Shown here: positions 27,223 through 38,260 of the stretch, piece by piece | How positions within the stretch are numbered: position 1 is the first letter of the stretch | Layout: every line of letters starts with the position of its first letter | Source of the DNA: Octopus sinensis | Taxonomy: Eukaryota | Length of the DNA: 64,000 nt | NCBI RefSeq assembly: GCF_006345805.1 | Contig: NC_043018.1 | Location: 9,052,001-9,116,000 of the forward strand | Direction: 5' to 3' | Position numbers and translations under genes: made by a program | Notes under the pieces: model-generated | Told to the model about the DNA's origin: nothing | Databases searched by the model: none | The model's input: only the letters and a program-made list of their open reading frames with translations

Positions 27223-27796
27223 GGTACTATTTAAGAAGAGTTAGGGTCCCGGTGCGCGCACTCGCGTACTCGCACATCCGCGCTAGCTAGTCGTGACTAG
27301 TCGATCCTTACTTTGTGTTTTTGTGTTTTATTTACTTTGTTTAAAAAAATTATTAGCGTAACTTCGGTATAGGTACCGGTAGTACCGGATACATTTCAAG
27401 AAAGTGTTTTTTTTTATATATGGGGGGGGGGAGAAAAGGGTGGCGATGCTTCGGTATAGGTACACACGTGACTTTGTTTACATTTTTGAAGATAACAGAA
27501 ACCCTTTTCTCCTCCCCCTCCCCCTAACCCTAACCCCCCCCCCATATAAAAAAAACACTTTCTTGAAATGTATCCGGTACTTATACCGAAGTTTCGCCAA
27601 AAGGGTTTCGCTTATCTTCAGAAATGTAAACAAAGTCACGTGTATACTTATACCGAAGGATCGTCAAATTATTTTGTGTAAAAAAATTATTTATTTTGTA
27701 TTTCATTTAATTTGCTAGGTAGTCGTTGTATGATCGACTAGTCACGACTAGCTAGCGCGAGTGCGCGCACCGGGACCACTCTTCTTAAATAGTACC
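27223..27796. mobile_element. Merlin-like MITE (574 bp)
   Basis: TIR GGTACTATTTAAGAAGAG...CTCTTCTTAAATAGTACC; perfect 8-bp TSD CTTATTTC at 27215-27222 and 27797-27804. Confidence 0.85.
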
Positions 27797-28126
27797 CTTA
27801 TTTCTTCCGTTTTTGTTGGTTGTTGTTGTTGTTTATTTATAGTTTTCCTTTATTACTTATTCCGAAGTCGACTTTGTATAAGAATTAATGTATATTAATT
27901 AACCGCTTCCTTTTCGTAGATGGGTATTTTGTTGTTTAAAGATCCGGCAATACCTCTTTTCCCACATTACAATCAACCAACCTTTTTAGAGGTATTTAAG
28001 ACTAATGTTTGTGTTTTTTCCTCAAAATTCCGTTGTTACTGTGAAAAACTGGCTGTTATTTATAGAAAATCGTGACTGAATGTCATTGTTCTCTCGCTTT
28101 ATTGGTCAGATAGATGATAATGATCG

Positions 28127-28554
28127 CAGGGCCGGATTAAGATCCGTCGAGGCCCTAAGCACTTGAAAGATTTTGGTGCCCCCATAAAAGATTATGTAAT
28201 TCAAAATACAAACAATAACAAACCATAAAATAATTTTTTATTTTTCAAAGTGAAACAAAACAGTAAGAGGGAAAATAATGTTTATTTTTGTATATTTCCA
28301 CTTTATTAATTATTTGAAAAGTTTCCTCCTACTTTTTTGAATTGCAAATTCTTTGAATCAGATCCTTAAAATTAATCTTAGGTAACACATCTGCATCTAT
28401 ACTTAGTAGAGATAAAGGCATCCCGAATATTATTTTAGCGAGTTTAAAGTGATTTCTTTTGTGCCGTAAACCATTTACCATTTCTGTGGTGCCCCCTCCT
28501 GCCCTTGATGCCCTAAGCAAGTGTTTATTTTGCTTAATGGTTAATCCAGCGCTG
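28127..28554. mobile_element. hAT-derived MITE or deletion derivative
   Basis: TIR CAGGGCCGGATTAA / TTAATCCAGCGCTG (12/14). Minus strand encodes LSLLSIDADVLPKINFKDLI, like the hAT dimerisation tail. No TSD seen. Confidence 0.6.
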
Positions 28555-28685
28555 TCCTTCAGGCACACCCAAACTGGTGTAATCAATTGGGTGAACCTCT
28601 GTTGGAAAACTCTGTGGGCAGGGTGGGGTGGCTTGCATGCCCTAGCTTCCTGGTCACCCTTCGCCACTGATATGTATATATACAC

Positions 28686-28714
<29 letters not shown>

Positions 28715-28716
<2 letters not shown>

Positions 28717-29003
28717 GAGGTGCAATGGCCCAGTGGTTTAGGGCAGCGGACTCGCGGTCGTAGGATCGCGGTTTCGATTTCCAGACCGGGCGTTGTGAGT
28801 GTTTATTGAGAGAGAAAACACCTAAAAAGCTCCACGTGGCTCCAGCAGGGGGTGGTGGCGATCCCTGCTGTACTCTTTCTCCACAATTTTCTCTCGCTCT
28901 TTCTTCTGTTGGCCTGCTCGCTTTTTAAAGGCTAAAACAATGCGAATCGCATTGTGACCAGCGATGTGTAACAACATCTGATAGTCTGGTCGGTCACGTG
29001 ATA
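28715..29003 (+). mobile_element. tRNA-derived SINE family B; other copies at 1-70(-), 12095-12290(-), 34915-34960(+), 51060-51357(-)
   Basis: GCAATGGCCCAGTGGTTAGGGCAGCGGAC head, GTTTCGATT B box, shared AAAACACCTAAAG body. Confidence 0.8.
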
Positions 29004-29008
29004 TATAT

Positions 29009-29050
<42 letters not shown>

Positions 29051-29189
29051 CACAAAGTCACTGTTTCCACTGTTGGTCCTCTGATGAGAACAACACTACG
29101 TGATGATGCAAAATCCATGTGCAAGATGCTGCAGAAACAATACTGCTGTTTTCAGTAACGCTAATGCGATTGATCTGGCTAGTACCAGT

Positions 29190-29759
29190 GATGTAAACCC
29201 CCAACTAACGATATCTGACATAACTTTTGGTGCTCCTGATATCCTAACAGAAATAAATAAGATCAAGCACAACTCGGCAGTAGGTCCCGATAAGTTCCCT
29301 GCCACTGTCCTGAAGAACTGTCGACATCAAATTGCACTCCCTCTAGCTGAGCTCTAGAGGAACTCAACGCAGGCTACATTCCTGATCATTTTCTTTCCCA
29401 GTCTGTCATTCCAGTTTTCTAACAGGGAAATAAATCTTTTGCAGCGAACTACCGTCCGATTTCACTCACCTCTCATATCATTAACGTATTTGAGAGGGTG
29501 GTGAGATCGCGGATAACCCATTTCCTCGAAGATAACAATCTGCTGAACCCAAACCAACATGGTTTCCGTGACGGCAGGGACTGCCTGTCGCAGCTTCTGC
29601 ACCATTTTTGATGACATTTTAAAAAGCTCTGGGAGAAGGCTCCAATACTGATGTCATATACCTTGATTTCAGCAAGGCATTTGACAGAATGGACCACAAA
29701 ATCCTGCTGAAGAAACTATCCAACATTGGAGTCCGTGGAAAGCTGCTGAAGTGAATAAG
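29190..29759 (+). mobile_element. CR1/L2-type reverse-transcriptase relic
   Basis: GPDKFP...NYRPISLTSH...NQHGFRDGRDCLSQL...DVIYLDFSKAFD. Confidence 0.85.
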
Positions 29760-29797
29760 TTAGGGTTAGGGTTAGGGTTAGGGTTAGGGTTAGGGTT
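29760..29797 (+). repeat. Interstitial telomeric repeat (TTAGGG)6
   Basis: Six perfect units plus TT. Confidence 0.95.
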
Positions 29798-29889
29798 GCA
29801 GAGATGTGAAAATATGGCTACTACTTGTTAATTTCCCCCTAGCACCCAAAACGCCCCTCAAGCTTCGAATGGCCTCCTGAGGACATATC

Positions 29890-31290
29890 ACCCCCATTGA
29901 GAACCTTTCCTCTAGAGCATGCACTGCTTTTGGACTTAACATCAGGCCATATTCTTTCAGCCTCCAGGCCATCTCTGTGTTGAACTTAAGATTTTCCTCC
30001 AGAGTAAAAGAGTGAATGTAGTCAACTCTTTCATCTACCCTGGTAGCACCCTCTCTAGAGATGGATCCATTGATTCTGAAATAAATCTGAGAATTGAAAA
30101 TGTCAGCAAAGCATTTGGAAGGCTCAGAAAGTGAGTGCGGTCTGACAGAGGTATCACCATGGAAACCAAGCTCAGGATCCATGAACTATGCATCTTTACT
30201 ATCCTTTTAGTGGTAAGAGCAGCAGCCATGTACCTCCGGTCAAGCGTTAGGTAGAAAAGAGAGATAGGTGTGCTAGAAAGCAAAAGACATGTTCCTTCAC
30301 TGAAATACTGGATGAAAGAGACAGGTGCTCTTTCGGCAAAGGTGACAAACGAAAGAATTCTGTTTAGTGTCCAGTATTTATACTTGTTGAAAATTGGATG
30401 TAGGTCGGGAAACAAAAGAAAGCAAATGGGTTTGTTTCTGCTGACTTGAATTTAACCTAAGATGTTATGTTAAAGAGCAGAACTTTAAAGGCGCAGGAGT
30501 GGCTGTTAAAGATGCAGGAGTGGCTGTGTGGTAAGTAGCTTCCTTACGAACCACAGGGTTCTGGGTTCATTCCCACTGCATGGCATCTTGGGCAAGTGTC
30601 TTCTACTATAGCATCGGGCCGACCAAAGCCTTGTGAGTGGATTTGGTAGACGGAAACTGGAAGAAGCCCGTCGTATATATGTATATATATATGTATGCAT
30701 GTGTGTGTGTGTGTGTCTGTGTTTGTCCCCTCCCCCACCATTGCTTGACAACCGATGCTGGTGTGTTTACGTCCCCGTAACTTAACGGTTCAGCAAAAGA
30801 GACCGATAGAATAAGTACTAGGCTTCCAAAGAATACATCCTGGGGTCGATTTACTCGACTAAAGGCGGTGCTCCAGCATTGCCGCAGTCAAATGACTGAA
30901 ACAAGTAAAAGAGAGTAAAAGAGAGAGAGAGTAACTTATCTACGTCTGACAATTGACTATTATGAATTTGTAAGTGCTAATGCTGAGAACAATAGAAATA
31001 AGCTTTGAAGGAAACAAAGCTACTTCATCCGCAACCAAATGCTTTGCGCTGAACACCTTCCCAAGGATGAAGGAGTAAGCAGTAATTGTTTATTAGGAGT
31101 TGCAACGTGGCAAATGTCCAAGATATAAACCTAAGAAATGTCTTGGGAATGCCATCAAAAGAAACCTCAAGTCTTTTAGTGTGAATGTTGAAGACTGAGA
31201 ACCGTGGATGGAAGATCGAATGGTTGTAAAGTATTTGACGCATGAAGAATTGAACAATCCATTTTGACAACGGCACTTGGCGACCATGAC
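29890..31290 (+). mobile_element. RTE-BovB-like LINE relic, interrupted by a family A SINE
   Basis: ACTAFGLNI, VVNSFIYPGSTLSRDGSIDSEINLRIENVSKAFGRL, and GKCPRYKPKKCLGNAIKRNLKSF near 31100-31200. Confidence 0.7.
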
Positions 31291-32949
31291 TTAACTTCTG
31301 TCTCAGACATTTTTCTGTCTTTACTCTTTACTCGTTTCAGTCATATGACTGTGGCCATGCTGGAGCACCGCCTTTAGTCGAGCAAATTGACCCCAGGACT
31401 TATTCTTTGTAAGCCTAGTACTTATTCTATCGGTCTCTTTTGCCGAACCGCTAAGTTACGGGGACGTAAACACACCAGCATCGGTTGTTAAGAGACTTTG
31501 TGGGGACAAACAGACACACAAACACACACACACACATAGATACATATATATACGACGGGCTTCTTTCAGTTTCCGCCTACCAAATCCACTCACAACGCTT
31601 TGGTCGGCCCGAGGCTATAGTAGAAGACACTTGTCCAAGGTGCCACGCAGTGGGATTGAACCCGGAACCATGTGGTTGGTAAGCAAGCTTCTTACCACAC
31701 AGCCACTCCTACGCCTGTCTGAAAATATTTATGACATGTCCTGTAGGATCTGTTCATCTAAAGCCGGACTCGCTAGTCATAGATCACATGACCACATTTC
31801 CTAAGTGAAGAGGTAGCCGTCACAAAAAAAGGCACCATGGTACATATCAAATAATTTAAAACTCATTTCTTTTTATATAACGTTCATTAGTTATAATCTA
31901 CTTAATTGTATTCTACATTAATTAATATCATGTTTCAGTAACAATGTAATTATGTATGAAACTTAAAACTACTGATATAGGAAATTATAGAGCTAAAAAG
32001 AAAAACTGTTGGAAAGGGACCAATTTTGAAAAATGTTCTGGGGAAGAAGCGGTTGAGCATCTTTTCTATTTGGCTTTCATTTTCCAGCTGTGGCGACTCG
32101 TGTATAGGCACTGCGGAACTGCAGCACCGTTTATTTCCACTCGATATTATCAATAACATTCAATATAATGCGTCCCCTTTTTTTAAAATTCTTTCTTTAT
32201 ACTTATACATTATATAATCCTTAAGCTTAGTAGCTTTCTTAAGCTCAGGAACTTACCCCTAGTTTATGAAAAAGATACAAAAACCCTTGTATAGAACTGT
32301 GCGCTTCACAGTTCCAGCGACGCGGTGTTTCGCTGTTGTGTGCATGTTTACATGTCCGAGATAGGAAGCTTCATGCTAGGGAGAGTGAGCACTGTCGTTC
32401 ACGCAGTGCCTACCCTGATGTGCTGGTAAAAGGTAGTGTTTCTTTTTGACTCTGTGTGTGTTGTGCTTAAAAACGTATTTATATTCTTGAATGTAATAAA
32501 ATGTAGAATTAGATTATTATCCTGCTTCCAGCTTATCAAGTTTCGGACATTTTGATTGGGTTTGGGATAGAAAATTCACAAAAAATTCACTTTCATTGAT
32601 TTTTTAATGGCTTTGCGGGGTGACTGGGGAAATGTAAAGATGTGCACGACCACCCTTGGACAGTTTTGAATGACCATAGAAAGTGCGAGCCCTCTAACTG
32701 AAAAATTGTGGATTTGTATAAAGGACACACACACACACACACACACAGACATTTTGCCGTTTATATATAGAGAGATTGACTCAGCGATTCGTAACATTTT
32801 TTTTTCTTTTTCATATCCTTTATTTAAGTAAAAAGAAAAAAAAAACTCCTCTGACAAGGAAAGTATTTATGTCCGTTATAAACGACTCTGCGTAAACTGC
32901 ACAGATAAAAACGAAAAACAGAAAAACAACTTTCAGTTTTAGTGGAACA

Positions 32950-33235
32950 CTCGAAACATGACGTAGGCGCGATAAAATAATGACGTCAGAACGAGATAAG
33001 TATACATACAGACGACTTCAGAAAGATACTGATGAGGGAAATTCAATATCGTAACAAATAAGGAGTGTTTTAAAATACGTTTATAGGCATTTATTATTAT
33101 TATTTTTAAATCACTGCGCGCTACTTCTGACCAATCGGAATTTCTATCATAATGGTTCTTTTACGGAGATGCAGCGCTCCTTAGGATGGAGGGCATTCAC
33201 TTTGTTATGTTGTAAGAAAGTGACGTCAGACGTGG
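32950..33235. promoter_or_regulatory. CpG-rich CRE/CCAAT promoter-like element
   Basis: TGACGTAG 32959-32966, TGACGTCA 32981-32988 and 33221-33228, CCAAT 33131-33135. Confidence 0.45.
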
Positions 33236-33263
33236 TTGTGTGGATAAATGCAAATCATGGTTT

Positions 33264-33666
33264 GGATCTTTTCGGTTTGAACGGCAGCTTTTTCTAGCGG
33301 TGTCATATGAAATTGTCACCCATAATTATGACCCTAGTATCGATCTATTGCATTTCAATCTATCTTAGGGTTAGGAGTGGGGGGAAGGGTATCTTTTTTT
33401 TCTTCACAAATGTAAATAAACCCAATCTGTTTCTTAAACGAGGGACATATTCATACGGCACAGAATGTTTTCACCTCAATGGACGTCACTGATTGGTTGA
33501 AATTGCAGAAAAAAAAACAACAAATATCTTACAAACCATATAATTTTCTCAATAAAGCCAAGAGAAAAAGATGTTTTATAAACACATTCTACCAGTATAC
33601 GAAGTTTAAAAGTGTTTAGTTACCAAGAAATTATGTTAAAAACTGCCGTTCACACCGAAAAGATCC
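33264..33666. mobile_element. Second Merlin-like MITE (403 bp)
   Basis: TIR GGATCTTTTCGGTTTGAACGGCAG / CTGCCGTTCACACCGAAAAGATCC; TSD CATGGTTT / CATGGTTG (7/8). Confidence 0.8.
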
Positions 33667-33939
33667 CATGGTTGTAGCGTAAGAAGTGTGTTTCTCAACC
33701 ACATGGTTTCGGGTTGAGTCCAACTGTGGGTATCTTCTACTACAGCATCGGACCGACCAAAGCCTTGTGAGTGGATTTGGTAGCAGAAACTACTGAAAGA
33801 TGCCCGTTGTGTGTGTGTGGGCGTGTGAAAGTAATACCCTTTCTTATTTGTATAATTTTTGTGGTTTTCTACTCTCAACGGGATGGTGCACCACCTCGGT
33901 ATGAGTAAAACGTTCAGGAATGGTTCAATCTTAATTTTG

Positions 33940-34130
33940 AGGTGAGATGGATAGGACAACGTGGAGCAATTGAGTGGTTATCACGATCATCAGACCTAAC
34001 ACCATCTGACTTTTTTTTGTGGGTGTATTGAAAGATCTTGTTCACTCCCTCAAACCGAAAACAATTCAGAAATTAAAACAAACAATTTGATGAATCAGCA
34101 GTGTTCTCAAAACGAAGTGGAGTGTTTTTG
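33940..34130 (+). mobile_element. Tc1-like transposase relic
   Basis: Eroded SPDLTPSDFFLWG-LKDLVHS-KPKTIQ-like segment. Confidence 0.45.
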
Positions 34131-34805
34131 AAGATGTTGATTAAACTTTTTATCATAATGAATTACGTTTTTTTTTGTTTTGATGTTGCAATATCTAATA
34201 AATTTTTTAAAACTACCGCAATTTATTTTCATTAATTGTTTTTTTTTTTCATTTCTTTAACTACTGTACTCTTTACTTTTTTACTCTTTTACTTGTTTCA
34301 GTCGTTTGACTGCGGCCATGCTGGAGCACCACCTTTAGTCGAGCAAATCGACCCCGGGACTTATTCTTTGTAAGCTCAGTACTTATTCTATCGGTCTCTT
34401 TTGCCGAACCGCTAAGTTACGGGGACGTAAACACACCAGCAACAGTTGTCAAGTAATGCTAGGGGGACAAACACAGACACACAAACATATACACATACTT
34501 ATATATATATACATATATACGACAGGCTACTTTCAGTTTCCGTCTACCAAATCCACTCACAAGGCATTGGTCGGCCCGGGGCTATAGCAGAAGACACTTG
34601 CCCAAGATGCCACGCAGTGGGACTGAACCCGGAACCATGTGGTTGGTTAGCAAGCTACTTACCACACACCCACAAATTTTTGTACAATAAAAAATTACTA
34701 AATAAAATAAATGTACTGTAAAAATTACTTAATAAAAAGGGCGTTACTTCTGCCGCACCCTGTACACACACACACACACACATACATACATACATACATA
34801 ATACA

Positions 34806-34911
<106 letters not shown>

Positions 34912-37023
34912 TGTGGAAGCGCAATGGCCCAGTGGTTAGGGAAGCGGACTCGCGGTCGTATATATATATATATATATACGAAATGTTTAGTCTCTGGCAT
35001 GTAATCTGGACAGCCATAAATTAATGGCTAAAAAAATAAATAAATAGCAAACAGGCACTGGACTGGCTGCGTTCTTTGGAACCACATGATTTCTGGTTCA
35101 GTTCCACTGCATGGTACCTTGGACAAGTGTCTTCTTTATAGTTCTAACCAATGCCTTGTGAGTGAATTTGGTAGCTGGAAAGCTACAAAAGACTGTCATG
35201 TGTATGTGTGTGTGTGTGTGTGTTCATCCAATTGCTTGACAAGTGGTGTTGGTTTGTTTACGTCTCAATAACTTAATGTTGTGGCAAAAGATACAAACGG
35301 AACAAGTAGTAGACTTAAAAGGCAAAATTTTTTCAAGTAAACCTAATTTTTTTTTACTACCCACAAGGGGCTAAACACAGAGAGGACAAACAAGGACAGA
35401 CGAAAGGATTAAGTCGATTACATCGACCCCAGTGCGTAACTGGTACTTATTTAATCGCCCCCGAAAGGATGAAAGGTAAAGTCGACCTCGGCGGAATTTG
35501 AACTCAGCGGCAGAGTTTACTACCCACAAGGGGCTAAACGCAGAGAGGACAAACAAGGATAGACAAACGGATTAAGTCGATTATATCGACCCCAGTGCGT
35601 AACTGGTACTTATTTAATCGCCCCCGAAAGGATGAAAGGCAAAGTCGACCTCGGCGGAATTTGAACTCAGAACGTAACGGCAGACGAAATACCGGAAAGC
35701 ATTTCGACCGGCGTACTAACGATTCTGCCAGCACGCTGCCTTTGCCGCAGTCTAATGACTGAAACACGGAAAAAAAAAGAAAAAAAAAAAAAAGAAAGCA
35801 TATTGTTTAAGTTGCTTAGTAACTGGATTATACACGAGTTGTATTCAGTAGCAACACTGTTTATATATAAACCTTACACGCGGGGGAAAAAGAAAGTCAT
35901 TTTCCTGCTGTTTCAAGAAGGTCAAGAGATTGTAAAGAGACCGGTGCATGCTGCTGGAATGTCTTTGAGTTGTTACCGACGACATGCACTTGGTAGCAGT
36001 ATGAGGTGAACAGGGACAATTAGCGGATGGGCAATATACAGTAATGGACCAATCAATTGCTGAAAGAGTAAGTGTGGGGGTGTAAAAGTTAAGGGGATTG
36101 ACCGTAAAGGAAATGGTAGAGGTAGGTAGGTGACAAAATGGGTGTGTGGCATCAGTAGAGCCAAGAAGGAAGGGGATATAGTTAAGTGGAGAAGAATGTA
36201 GTGAGTTGAATGGAAAGTTTAATCACTTAAAACTACGTACGTACATAATGTAGGGAAAAAGACAAGCATTAATGACAATTCTTGTCAGGAAAGGGAAGGG
36301 AGATAATAGGAGCCTGCAGTAAGGAGTGAAAATTTGTCAGGGTCTCCTTTTGATTACACCTATTTGAATAAATTTAGGGTTAGACCACACACTAAAGTGT
36401 ACTTGATGCCACTAAATTATTATTATTGTTAAGATGACAAACTGGGTGAATCATTTGTATGTTGGACCAGTTGAGAACAGGGTTGGTCAGTTCCTGACTA
36501 ATAATAATGATGATGATGATTTCTTTATTGACCACAAATGGCTTACATTAAGGAAAAACATTATGGACAGTACAGGACAAAACAAAGAATGTGTATGTGT
36601 ATTTGTTGTGGCCAGGGTTTTGCATGTAAACAGGTTTAATGTAATAAAAGATAATTCTAATTTTTGGTATAAGGCCAGGAATTTTAGGGGTAGAGGAAGT
36701 TGATCACAATGGCCCTTTTGCTCAACTGGTGCTTATTCTATAAATCTTGAAAGGATGAAAGGCCAAAATAATAATTCTTTCTACTAAAGGCACAAGGCCT
36801 GAAATTTGGGGTGGATGGGTGACTAGTTAATTACAATGACCCCCAATGTGTAACTTATCGACCTTGAAAGGGAATCTGAAAATAATATTGTTTACCAACC
36901 ACATGGTTCCGGGTTCAGTCCCACAGTGTGGCACCTTGGGCAAGTGTCTTCTACTATAGCCTCGGGCCGACCAAAGCCTTGTGAGTGGATTTGGTAGACG
37001 GAAACTGAAAGAAGTCCGTCGTA

Positions 37024-37075
<52 letters not shown>

Positions 37076-38059
37076 TGTGTGTGTTTGTGTGTGTTTGTTC
37101 CCCTAGCATTGCTTGACAACCGATGCTGGTGTGTTTATGTCCCCGTTACCTAGTGGTTCGGCAAAAGAGACCGATTGAATAAGTACTGGGCTTACAAAAG
37201 AATAAGTCCCAGGGTCGAGTTGCTCGATTAAAGGTGGTGCTCCAGCATGGCCACAGTCAAATGACTGAAACAAGTAAAAGAGAGTAATAATAAATGCCCC
37301 AATGCAGTACCATGCAGTGGCTTTCATCTTAACTGATTGAGAGTACTCTTATGTACATATTTTGTCTTGGTATAAAAGATGGGTGACAACAGATGTTCAA
37401 CTGCTATGTATTTCATCGATGCTGAAAGGATGAAATGTAAAGTCGACCTCGGTGGAATTTGAACTCAGAATACAGCAATGGACAAAATACCACTAGGCAT
37501 TTTGTCCGGTGCACTACTGATTCTGCTTGCTTACCACCTTAGTAACAATAATCCTTTCTACTAAAGGCACAAGGCCTGAAATTTTTTGGACGAGAAGTTA
37601 AGTCAATTACATCGACCCCCAGCACTCAACTGGTACTTATTTTATTGACCCCAAAAGGATGTAAAGCAAACTGAGCCTTGGTAGCATTTGAACCCAGAAC
37701 ATAAGGACAGGCAAAATACTACAAAGCATTTTGCCCGGTGTACTGATTTTCTTGTGTTGCCAGTTTGAATAATAAGTGGGAGGAGGAAATGGAAAATGAA
37801 AGTAGAATGTTAAAATGAAAGCAGAATGTTCTAAGAAAAACGCAAATTTTTGCGAGTGAACTGAAATGAAAATGAAAGTAGTCGGTTCTTGGAGAAAGCA
37901 TTTGTTAGTGTTTTTTTAGAATACGTTATAAAACCAGAGTTGTAATTTTGAAATATCTAAGTACTTGCGGATTTGCGATATATATATATATATTTTTTGA
38001 TATGGTGGGAGAAGCAAAGAAAAGAAAAACAAACAGGTTCTGGATAAAACATTGTTTCC

Positions 38060-38260
38060 AAAAACCAAAAGTATTGGGTCACAGCTCCAGTACTATGGAC
38101 ATGTGATTAGAATGTTGCAAAAACAAATCACAAATGGATTCTTCATGCGAAACCATCCAGCAGGAGACCCAGAATGAAGAATGAGATGGTTAGATAATAT
38201 CCACAGTCTTAGCTGGTTGCATCAGAAAGTTTTGAGTTAGCTCAGAGGCATTACCACCAC
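38060..38260 (+). mobile_element. RTE-type LINE 3' relic
   Basis: LQYYGHVIRM...RRP..RMRWLDNI. Confidence 0.55.

Noticed and set aside
29790-30415. 130-aa and 126-aa minus-strand ORFs
   Set aside because: Antisense to the RTE relic.
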